This document shows, piece by piece, positions 19,482 to 31,265 of a DNA stretch of 37,132 bases. Origin of the DNA: Nemertoderma westbladi (lineage: Eukaryota > Animalia > Xenacoelomorpha); contig JAUCBJ010006140.1 in the NCBI GenBank assembly GCA_032718475.1, positions 1-37,132 on the forward strand. Reading direction: 5' to 3'. Each line of letters opens with the position of its first letter. Positions within the stretch are counted from its first letter, which is position 1. Made by a program: the position numbers and the translations under genes. The notes beneath the pieces are model-generated. The model searched no databases. It was not told the origin of the DNA and worked only from the letters and a program-made list of their open reading frames with translations.

Positions 19482-22400
19482 TATATACACCACAATGACT
19501 TTGACGTATTGTGTCACGTGGTATATACACCACAATGACTTTGACGTATTGTGTCACGTGGTATATACGCCACAATGACTTTGATGTATTGTGTCACGTG
19601 GTATATACGCCACAATGACTTCGATGTATTGTGTCACGTGGTATATACGCCACTATGACGTTGATGTATTGTGCCACGTGGTATATACGCCACAATGACT
19701 TTGATATATTGTGTCACGTGGTATATACGCCACAATGATTTTGATGTATTGTGTCACATGGTATATACGCCACAATGACTTCGATGTATTGTGTCACGTG
19801 GTATATACGCCACAATGATTTTGATGTATTGTGTCACGTGGTATATACGCCACAATGATTTTGATGTATTGTGTCACATGGTATATACGCCACAATGACT
19901 TCGATGTATTGTGTCACGTGGTATATACGCCACAATGATTTTGATATATTGTGTCACGTGGTATATACGCCACAATGATTTTGATGTATTGTGTCACATG
20001 GTATATACGCCACAATGACTTCGATGTATTGTGTCACGTGGTATATACGCCACAATGACTTCGATGTATTGTGTCACGTGGTATATACGCCACAATGATT
20101 TTGATATATTGTGTCACGTGGTATATACGCCACAATGATTTTGATGTATTGTGTCACATGGTATATACGCCACAATGACTTCGATGTATTGTGTCACGTG
20201 GTATATACGCCACAATGATTTTGATGTATTGTGTCACGTGGTATATACGCCACAATGATTTTGATGTATTGTGTCACATGGTATATACGCCACAATGACT
20301 TCGATGTATTGTGTCACGTGGTATATACGCCACAATGATTTTGATATATTGTGTCACGTGGTATATACGCCACAATGATTTTGATGTATTGTGTCACATG
20401 GTATATACGCCACAATGACTTCGATGTATTGTGTCACGTGGTATATACGCCACAATGACTTCGATGTATTGTGTCACGTGGTATATACGCCACAATGATT
20501 TTGATATATTGTGTCACGTGGTATATACGCCACAATGATTTTGATGTATTGTGTCACATGGTATATACGCCACAATGACTTCGATGTATTGTGTCACGTG
20601 GTATATACGCCACAATGACTTTGACGTATTGTGTCACGTGGTATATACGCCACAATGACTTTGATGTATTGTGTCACGTGGTATATACACCACAATGACT
20701 TTGACGTATTGTGTCACGTGGTATAGACGCCACAATGACTTTGATGTATTGTGTCACGTGGTATATACGCCACAATGACTTTGATGTATTGTGTCACGTG
20801 GTATATACGCCACAATGACTTCGATGTATTGTGTCACGTGGTATATACGCCACTATGACGTTGATGTATTGTGCCACGTGGTATATACGCCACAATGACT
20901 TTGATATATTGTGTCACGTGGTATATACGCCACAATGATTTTGATGTATTGTGTCACATGGTATATACGCCACAATGACTTCGATGTATTGTGTCACGTG
21001 GTATATACGCCACAATGATTTTGATGTATTGTGTCACGTGGTATATACGCCACAATGATTTTGATGTATTGTGTCACATGGTATATACGCCACAATGACT
21101 TCGATGTATTGTGTCACGTGGTATATACGCCACAATGATTTTGATATATTGTGTCACGTGGTATATACGCCACAATGATTTTGATGTATTGTGTCACATG
21201 GTATATACGCCACAATGACTTCGATGTATTGTGTCACGTGGTATATACGCCACAATGACTTCGATGTATTGTGTCACGTGGTATATACGCCACAATGACT
21301 TCGATGTATTGTGTCACGTGGTATATACGCCACTATGACGTTGATGTATTGTGCCACGTGGTATATACGCCACAATGACTTTGATATATTGTGTCACGTG
21401 GTATATACGCCACAATGATTTTGATGTATTGTGTCACATGGTATATACGCCACAATGACTTCGATGTATTGTGTCACGTGGTATATACGCCACAATGATT
21501 TTGATGTATTGTGTCACGTGGTATATACGCCACAATGATTTTGATGTATTGTGTCACATGGTATATACGCCACAATGACTTCGATGTATTGTGTCACGTG
21601 GTATATACGCCACAATGATTTTGATATATTGTGTCACGTGGTATATACGCCACAATGATTTTGATGTATTGTGTCACATGGTATATACGCCACAATGACT
21701 TCGATGTATTGTGTCACGTGGTATATACGCCACAATGACTTCGATGTATTGTGTCACGTGGTATATACGCCACAATGATTTTGATATATTGTGTCACGTG
21801 GTATATACGCCACAATGATTTTGATGTATTGTGTCACATGGTATATACGCCACAATGACTTCGATGTATTGTGTCACGTGGTATATACGCCACAATGACT
21901 TTGACGTATTGTGTCACGTGGTATATACGCCACAATGATTTTGATGTATTGTGTCACATGGTATATACGCCACAATGACTTCGATGTATTGTGTCACGTG
22001 GTATATACGCCACAATGACTTTGACGTATTGTGTCACGTCGTGGTATATACGCCACAATGACTTCGATGTATTGTGTCACGTGGTATATACGCCACTATG
22101 ACGTTGATGTATTGTGCCACGTGGTATATACGCCACAATGACTTTGATATATTGTGTCACGTGGTATATACGCCACAATGATTTTGATGTATTGTGTCAC
22201 ATGGTATATACGCCACAATGACTTCGATGTATTGTGTCACGTGGTATATACGCCACAATGATTTTGATATATTGTGTCACGTGGTATATACGCCACAATG
22301 ATTTTGATGTATTGTGTCACATGGTATATACGCCACAATGACTTCGATGTATTGTGTCACGTGGTATATACGCCACAATAACTTCGATGTATTGTGTCAC

Positions 22401-22997
22401 GTGGTATATACGCCACAATGATTTTGATATATTGTGTCACGTGGTATATACGCCACAATGATTTTGATGTATTGTGTCACATGGTATATACGCCACAATG
22501 ACTTCGATGTATTGTGTCACGTGGTATATACGCCACAATGACTTTGACGTATTGTGTCACGTGGTATATACGCCACAATGACTTTGATGTATTGTGTCAC
22601 GTGGTATATACGCCACTATGACGTTGATGTATTGTGCCACGTGGTATATACGCCACAATGACTTCGATATATTGTCACGTGGTATATACGCCACAATGAT
22701 TTTGATGTATTGTGTCACGTGGTATATACGCCACAATGACTTTGATGTATTGTGTCACGTGGTATATACGCCACAATGACTTTGATGTATTGTGTCACGT
22801 GGTATATACGCCACAATGACTTTGACGTATTGTGTCACGTGGTATATACGCCGCTATGACTTTCATGTATTGTGTCACGTGGTATATACGCCACATTTAC
22901 TTTGACGTATTGTGTCACGTGGTATATACGCCACTATGACGTTGATGTATTGTGTCACGTGGTATATATACGCCACATTGACTTTGACGTATTGTGT
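19482..22997 (+). repeat. 40-bp satellite, ~88 copies, with higher-order structure
   Basis: Unit gtatatacgccacaatgactttgatgtattgtgtcacgtg. Variants recur mostly in groups of three. Confidence 0.98.
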
Positions 22998-23094
22998 GTT
23001 TATTTGAAGATGCGAATTGTAAGAGTTGCCAGATCATATACCTAGCGAATAGCACGAACTGTATATCAAAATTATAATAAATATTTTGTGTATT

Positions 23095-23458
23095 GTGTTT
23101 CGAATTGATGGTTGCTACACAAGACTACTAAGGGCAGCCCTAAACATCAGCTGGAGACAACACATGACAAACGCCGAGCTTTATGGTACAATACCGCCTG
23201 AATCCACCACCCTCCGTGAACGCAGATTAAGATTCAGTGGGCACTGCTGGCGAAGTAAAGACGAGGTCATACCAGATATACTTCTCTGGCAACCAACTCA
23301 TAGAAAGCGTAGTCGTGGACGACCGGCCATAACATATATAGATCAACTTGAAAGGGATACTGAACGTAGGAGAAACGAGATTGCGACAACTATGGAGAAT
23401 CGGGAAGCCTGGAAGGATCTCATTTCCACCGCCCGAGCTCTCGAGACCTAGTAGTAGT
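23095..23458 (+). mobile_element. Short 5'-truncated RTE-clade LINE 3' end
   Basis: IDGCYTRLLRAALNISW..H.TN.ELYG, RRLRFSGHCWR, GRPAITYIDQL..DT, MENREAW. The stop TAG at 23449-23451 is the first unit of a (TAG)n tail. Confidence 0.9.
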
Positions 23459-26400
23459 TGGAGAATCGGGAAGCCTGGAAGGGTCTCATTTCCACCGCCC
23501 GAGCTCTCGAGACCTAGTAGTAGTTGGGGAATCGGGAAGCCTGGAAGGATCTCATTTCCACTGCCCGAGTTCGCTCGACCTAGTAGTAGTTGGGGAATCG
23601 GGAAGCCTGGAAGGGTCTCATATCCACTACCCGAGCTCTCTCGACCTACTAGTAGTAGTTGGGGAATCGGGAAGCTTGGAAGGATCTCATATCCACTGCC
23701 CAAGCTCTCTCGACCTAGTAGTAGTTGGAGAATCGGGAAGCCTGGAAGGATCTCATATCCACTGCCCGAGCTCTCTCGACCTAGTAGTAGTTGGGGAATC
23801 TTGAAGCCTGGAAGGATCTCATTTCCATTGTCTGAGCTCGCTTGACCTAGTAGTAGTTGGGGAATCGGGAAGCCTGGAAGGATCTCATTTCTACTGTCCG
23901 TGTTCGCTCGACCTAGTAGTAGTTGGGGAATCGGGAAGCCTGGAAGGATCTCATTTCAACTGCCCGAGCTCTCTCAACCTAGTAGTAGTTGGGGAATCGG
24001 GAAGCCTGGAAGGGTCTCATATCCACTGCCCAAGCTCTCTCGACCTAGTAGTAGTTGGAGAATCGGGAAGCCTGGAAGGATCTCATATCCACTGCCCGAG
24101 CTCTCTCGACCTAGTAGTAGTTGGGGAATCGGGAAGCCTGGAAGGATCTCATTTCCACTGTCCATGTTCGCTCGACCTAGTAGTAGTTGGAGAATCGGGA
24201 AGCCTGGAAGGATCTCATATCCACTGCCCGAGCTCTCTCGACCTAGTAGTAGTTGGGGAATCGGGAAGCCTGGAAGGATCTCATTTCCACTGCCCGAGCT
24301 CTCTCGACCTAGTAGTAGTTGGGGAATCGTGAAGCCTGGAAGGGTCTCATATCCACTGCCCAAGCTCTCTCGACCTAGTAGTAGTTGGAGAATCGGGAAG
24401 CCTGGAAGGATCTCATATCCACTGCCCGAGCTCTCTCGACCTAGTAGTAGTTGGGGAATCGGGAAGCCTGGAAGGATCTCATTTCCATTGTCCGAGCTCT
24501 CTCGACCTAGTAGTAGTTGGGGAATCGGGAAGCCTGGAAGGATCTCATATCCACTGCCCGAGCTCTCTCGACCTAGTAGTAGTTGGGGAATCGGGAAGCC
24601 TGGAAGGATCTCATTTCCACTGTCCATGTTCGCTCGACCTAGTAGTAGTTGGAGAATCGGGAAGCCTGGAAGGATCTCATATCCACTGCCCGAGCTCTCT
24701 CGACCTAGTAGTAGTTGGGGAATCGGGAAGCCTGGAAGGGTCTCATATCCACTGCCCAAGCTCTCTCGACCTAGTAGTAGTTGGAGAATCGGGAAGCCTG
24801 GAAGGATCTCATATCCACTGCCCGAGCTCTCTCGACCTAGTAGTAGTTGGGGAATCGGGAAGCCTGGAAGGATCTCATTTCCACTGTCCATGTTCGCTCG
24901 ACCTAGTAGTAGTTAGAGAATCGGGAAGCCTGGAAGGGTCTCATATCCACTGCCCAAGCTCTCTCGACCTAGTAGTAGTTGGAGAATCGGGAAGCCTGGA
25001 AGGATCTCATATCCACTGCCCGAGCTCTCTCGACCTAGTAGTAGTTGGGGAATCGGGAAGCCTGGAAGGATCTCATTTCCACTGTCCATGTTCGCTCGAC
25101 CTAGTAGTAGTTGGAGAATCGGGAAGCCTGGAAGGATCTCATATCCACTGCCCGAGCTCTCTCGACCTAGTAGTAGTTGGGGAATCGGGAAGCCTGGAAG
25201 GATCTCATTTCCACTGCCCGAGCTCTCTCGACCTAGTAGTAGTTGGGGAATCGGGAAGCCTGGAAGGGTCTCATATCCACTGCCCAAGCTCTCTCGACCT
25301 AGTAGTAGTTGGAGAATCGGGAAGCCTGGAAGGATCTCATATCCACTGCCTGAGCTCTCTCGACCTAGTAGTAGTTGGGGAATCGGGAAGCCTGGAAGGA
25401 TCTCATTTCCACTGTCCGTGTTCGCTCGACGTAGTAGTAGTTGGGGAATCGGGAAGCCTGGAAGGATCTCATTTCCACTGTCCGTGTTCGCTCGACCTAG
25501 TAGTAGTTGGAGAATCGGGAAGCCTGGAAGGATCTCATTTCCACTGTCCGTGTTCGCTCGACCTAGTAGTAGTTGGAGAATCGGGAAGCCTGGAAGGATC
25601 TCATTTCCACTGTCCGTGTTCGCTCGACCTAGTAGTAGTTGGAGAATCGGGAAGCCTGGAAGGATCTCATTTCCACTGTCCGTGTTCGCTCGACGCAGTA
25701 GTAGTTGGGGAATCGGGAAGCCTGGAAGGATCTCATTTCCACTGTCCGTGTTCGCTCGACCTAGTAGTAGTTGGGGAATTGGGAAGCCTGGAAGGATCTC
25801 ATATCCACTGCCCAAACTATCTCGACCTAGTAGTAGTTGGGGAATCGGGAAGCCTGGAAGGGTCTCATATCCACCGCCCGGGCTCTCTGGACCTAGTAGT
25901 AGTTGGATAATCGGGAAGCCTGGAAGGGTCTCATATCCACCGCCCGAACTCTCGAGACCTAGTAGTAGTTGGAGAATCGGGAAGCCTGGAAGGGTCTCAT
26001 TTCCACCGCCCGAGCTCTGTCGACCTAGTAGTAGTGGTAGAATCGGGAAGCCTGGAAGGGTCTCACATCCACCGCCCGAGCTCTCTCGACCTAGTAGTAG
26101 TTGGAGAATCGGGAAGCCTGGAAGGGTCTCATATCCACTGCCCGAGCTCTCTCGACCTAGTAGTAGTTGGAGAATTGGGAAGCCTGGAAGGGTCTCATTT
26201 CCACCGCCCGAGCTCTCTCGACCTAGTAGTAGTTGGAGAATTGGGAAGCCTGGAAGGGTCTCATTTCCACCGCCCGAGCTCTCTCGACCTAGTAGTAGTT
26301 GGAGAATTGGGAAGCCTGGAAGGGTCTCATTTCCACCGCCCGAGCTCTCTCGACCTAGTAGTAGTTGGAGAATTGGGAAGCCTGGAAGGGTCTCATATCC

Positions 26401-26967
26401 ACCGCCCGAGCTCTCTCGACCTAGTAGTAGTTGGGGAATCGGGAAGCCTGGAAGGGTCTCATATCCACCGCCCGAGCTCTCTCGACCAAGTAGTAGTTGG
26501 AGAATCGGGAAGCCTGGAAGGGCCTCATATCCACTGCCCGGGCTCTCTCGACCTAGTAGTAGTTGGAGAATTGGGAAGCCTGGAAGGGTCTCATATCCAC
26601 CGCCCGAGCTCTCTCGACCTAGTAGTAGTTGGTGAATCAGGAAGCCTGGAAGGGTCTCATATCCACCGCCCGAGCTCTCTCGACCAAGTAGTAGTTGGAG
26701 AATCGGGAAGCCTGGAAGGGTCTCATATCCACCGCCCGAGCTCTCTCGACCTAGTAGTAGTTGGAGAATTGGGAAGCCTGGAAGGGTCTCATATCCACCG
26801 CCCGAGCTCTCTCGACCTAGTAGTAGTTGGAGAATCGGGAAGCCTGGAAGGGCCTCATATCCACTGCCCAGGCTCGCTCGACCTAGTAGTAGTTGGAGAA
26901 TCGGGAAGCCTGGAAGGGTCTCATATCCACTGCCCGGGCTCGCTCGACCTAGTAGTAGTAGTAGTAT
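23394..26967 (+). repeat. 66-bp satellite, ~54 copies, derived from the RTE 3' terminus
   Basis: Unit ggagaatcgggaagcctggaaggatctcatttccaccgcccgagctctcgagacctagtagtagtt, with unit starts at 23394 and 23460. The first unit is the end of the RTE ORF, and the last ends in a longer (TAG)5 tail. Confidence 0.97.
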
Positions 26968-27217
26968 TACTTTGTGTATTTTATCCAATAACATATTATA
27001 CTGTAAGATTTACGATAAGGACATACGAATAGTAAATTCAATGGTTTTAATAAAACATCACTCGATCAATAGATCAGTAGTTGTCATTACTAATTTACTA
27101 TTCGTCTATGAATAACAAAAAGATAAATACAAGAAAGAATTAATATTATTTTTAGTATTAAAGTTTTGTAGTATTCCTGAATCGATCTCAGTCTGTATGC
27201 GGTAACCATAGCTACCA

Positions 27218-28255
27218 CTAACTCCTGTTGATGGTATTACCAGAACCGCGTCTATTATCATCCTTAAACTCATCCCAATCCCGCAACTTCATCAACTGTT
27301 CCGGATCATCCACTCTCTCCTCCTCTCCAACCTTACTATCTTCCCTCTCAGCAGTAATATCCCGTCCCGTCTGGGTTCCCAACTGTTGTCTAACAGTCTC
27401 GGGGTCGGGTAACAGTCCCTTAGCGACTTGCTGGTTGTAGAACTCGTCCAAGGTCATTGTGGGCACACTGGGGTACCCAAGACCGAACACCTCCTTCTGT
27501 AGGGCGTCCTTGGTGAGTATAAGCAGCGGTGGGGCGGGTGTCATACCCCTAGGGGCTGCCGGTTGTCTAGCAACCGTTGTAGTAGACGAATCATCCATAG
27601 ATCGCATGTGAGCCAATATTCCGAGTTCTAAATAAATGTCTTTGAGAGATTTTAAACTTTCTACAATCCATTTATTTATAACAGTTAAATAATATTCGCG
27701 TATTACCTCTTCATCAACACTTCCCCTACCGCATCTCTTTATCTTATCTTTAAGATTATCCAATTTATCTTCCCTAATCTTAGACTCTTTGTATTCCTGT
27801 ACTTTATCTATCTTAGTTTGTTGTAATTGCTGTAAGGTAGCAGCTTTACTCTCATCTTCCCGAACTGGTAAATCGAAATCTCCGATATTGTAATCCAGAC
27901 ACCTCTGCAGGAAATCTTTGTAATATATTTCCGCGGTCTCCGCTATTCCCCGTCGTTCATCGCGAACTCCCGTTGTTAGTTTCAACGATATGTCGCCCAA
28001 GTAAGCCGGAAGAAGTATAAACCTTAGGGAATTACTAGGTATCTCAGAAACATCCTCGTTCGTACTGAACAAACCAACACTATTTACCATGTGGGTTATG
28101 AGTTGAAACTTAGAAATAGTCTTCTGTACCAGTTGTTGGTATTCTTTGGAATTACTAGCTAATTGAGATATTTCTATCTCTGTGTGTAATTCAACAGCTT
28201 CATCATAAACAGTGTTTATGTTCAGGATATCAACTTCTTCAATATAATCCGCCAT
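27218..28255 (-). CDS. IGBP1: PP2A-family regulatory subunit alpha4/Tap42 (immunoglobulin-binding protein 1), intronless, 345 aa
   Basis: LFSTNEDVSEI.SNSLRFILLPAYLG, DEEVIREYY, VFGLGYPSVPTMTLDEFY and RDWDEFKDDNRRGSGN are hallmark TAP42-family motifs. Full-length ATG to stop. Confidence 0.95.
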   Translation of the reverse strand: MADYIEEVDILNINTVYDEAVELHTEIEISQLASNSKEYQQLVQKTISKFQLITHMVNSVGLFSTNEDVSEIPSNSLRFILLPAYLGDISLKLTTGVRDERRGIAETAEIYYKDFLQRCLDYNIGDFDLPVREDESKAATLQQLQQTKIDKVQEYKESKIREDKLDNLKDKIKRCGRGSVDEEVIREYYLTVINKWIVESLKSLKDIYLELGILAHMRSMDDSSTTTVARQPAAPRGMTPAPPLLILTKDALQKEVFGLGYPSVPTMTLDEFYNQQVAKGLLPDPETVRQQLGTQTGRDITAEREDSKVGEEERVDDPEQLMKLRDWDEFKDDNRRGSGNTINRS

Positions 28256-31200
28256 TACAATAATAGCAGAATTTAATAAATAAGCCTTACCCTATTATAA
28301 TAATATAATAATAATAATGGCTTATTAACGTGCCCCCTTCTAACATTAGTCATGCAGAGGGCACCGTAATCAAATGTATAGTTCTGCACATTATTTAAAT
28401 ACAAATACTAATTAATTATTACAAACTTATATTTACAACACACATTAAAAATACAAGGGATTTACAATTATTACATCAAGTTATCGCAAAATAATTTACG
28501 ATTATTTAAAAAACGTAAAAAACGTAAAAAATTATTTATTAAGCCCTACCATATGCCCTATACTGCTATGCCCTACAGGTTGCAGTTCACAGGTTCAGTA
28601 TTGTATTACAACAGTACAACAAACTGTTCTCATATCAGTCAAATCTCAAATGTACTGAACAATAGGTTAATGACACTGGACTGAAACTGCCAGACTGGCC
28701 TATACCAGTGCCAGGTACTCATATTTACTAGTTTCGGGAGTGCCAAACTGAATGGAATTGGCAGACCAAATATTATTTTAAAATAAAATCGAAATGGCAA
28801 AGGTTGCACTGACATATGCTATCATAGCATTTCAGAGTGCTAGGCTGGTAGGCCTACTGTGTTAGGCATTCAACAGATAGACAGAACTGTTTACATCTAG
28901 CTAGCATTTTATTATGGCAGTTATTTTTCGTGCCTCTATTTTTTACTTTTTTTCCCTCATTTTATTACTCTTTTTGCCTCTTTTTTTAAGTATCATTTTT
29001 TAATTGCTTTTTTGCATCTTTGATTACTTTTATGCCTCTTTAATTGCTTTTCTTGCCTCTTTAATTGAGAGTTCACCGAGACTACTAGAAAAACTGATCA
29101 TAATCACATATCGTTTATATTTATTATCACAAATTACAGTAGAAGCATAAAGGAAAATAAAAATAAGTAAAACTGATCACATTCACGTATCAATTCTAAT
29201 ATTATCACAAATTAGAAACATAAGTGTAAAATACTAATATAATTTTTTTGGGGTATAGCCTAATATATAACTTATAACCATAACTTATATATACAGATAT
29301 ATAGGCCCTACCGCATATTTTATGAAACATGTTTTAAATTTTTTTCATAATTAAGTACCACACGTCATAAACCAATTGAGGGAAAAGGAGCAGGTTACAG
29401 AGGCAGGCTTTTCTAACCAAAACAATAAACGGTCTGACGGTCACTTTACCAATTGAGGGAAACCATATGGTCAGACACTCAGTAGTCATTCTCTATACTA
29501 TAACCAACAATATGAGGCCAATATGATTGTTTTACTAAGAACTAAGCCATAGCTACCGGTATGTAGCTATAATGACAATTATAAACGGTTGAAACAACGA
29601 TACAGTCAGCTTGCTTCGCTTCCACAAGAGTGACAAGGCGGGGCCTCTGCTTCTGGTACCAGTACAGTACCGGTACTGCAGTACACTAAACTGTACTGTT
29701 ACAGTTACTGCTGTACTGTACTTTAAGTCTACTGCAGCCTATATGGAATACTGACAAAAAGCGCGCCACACGCGTTCTGGTTAAACGAAAATCGCGCCAG
29801 CCATGATATCCAATGCGCGCCAAGCTGCCAAGCCAATAATTGACTATGAAATTTTGCAGTAATTGCTGAACTGTAATAATTTATCAGTTTATAATGCTGT
29901 AGCCCTACAGTTTATTAACAATAAAATGTTCGCGTAGCGAGCACGGGAATTTTCCAATTATGTTAACATAAATACAGTCTGACAGTAACTGCAGTAATAG
30001 TTAGATAGTACTGTCAGACTGTAGTAGTAAGTAGTAGGTCAACGTCAACTGACTGTTTTTAAATGTAGATATGATGAAATTGCGAGCTTAGCAAGCACGG
30101 AAATTCTGCTGAATCATGGTTTTATTGGTTTGAAGAATCTGACAATTGAAAAACTTTTGAAACAAATCATGTTTTTAATGGTCATGCTCAATCTGTCCGT
30201 TTGTCCACAGTCAGACAGTGCTAAGAGTAGGCTTACAGTACAGCCGTATAAACGCGAGCAAAGCGAGCGGAAATTTTTCAACCTTTTTAAACCTATGGAA
30301 TAATTTCAAATAGAGCTGTAGAGTGGGATGCTGGGATGTGTTGCCAGTGCACCGCTACGCTACATCCTACCCTAACAGCCTAACCCTACATCCATATTCG
30401 CGCCAGGATCCTCAATGCGCGCCACACGCCCCTGTCACTACGCGCCAGGATCCTTAATCCGCGCCACACATGTTGAGCAAACTCTACATAAATTCCAACC
30501 TGGTACTGCAGGTGGAGGCCCAGAAACACGTTAGTCCTTAAAGTAACGATGGTATGCAGGAATGTGGTCTGGTCTAGAGGCAGGCAGTAGGCCTATTTCT
30601 GTATTTATACCGGTAGGTAGTAAGGTGTAAAAAAAAAAGAGGCAGATAAGCAACAAAAATACAGGAATTAAATAAATGAGCAAATGAGGCATAAAAATTG
30701 TTGTGTTTTATTATTATTAAATTTGAATTTCCCTCCAATAACTTAAACATAAAATTTCTGACTCTGCGGCCGCCGTTAACTAGTAACTAATACAAATATC
30801 TAAAGAATAGAAATATAACAATCAATTAACACAAAAATTAACTATATAAATGTAACGCACCGGCTGTTCAAGTACCAGAATACCTATCTTAAATTTTTGA
30901 AAAACAAATTTATAATCTTATCAAAGGTACCTCGCAGTGTGTTTGTGGATACAGAATGTGCTGCTTTAATATTAGGGTTTGGCGACTCAGGTTCAAATAG
31001 GACGCGGTGCATAAGAACCAAACCCATCGGTACAATGGGAACCTGGCTTCTGATGGGGGAGTAAAGAAAGTATGGTGGGTATTTAAGGAGTGTTCCACTC
31101 CTTGGGAGTTAGTGTGGCGCCATCCTAGCCTTCTAGGCAATAATTACAGAAAAATAAAAACTTTTATTATACCTTTAATATATTATATAAATATATATGT

Positions 31201-31265
31201 AAATATTATTTAATTATATGTATATGTATAATTTTATGTATATATATAAATACATTATTTCTTTC

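Noticed and set aside
23227-27032. Long repetitive ORFs (up to 693 aa) on both strands
   Set aside because: These are by-products of a 66-bp (22-codon) unit. The ancestral RTE frame has a stop in every unit, and there is no evidence of coding function.
30910-31213. Short ORFs, a possible INTS11 upstream exon or a SINE-like fragment
   Set aside because: No frame resembles INTS11 or any protein I recognise, and the SINE resemblance is too weak to support.
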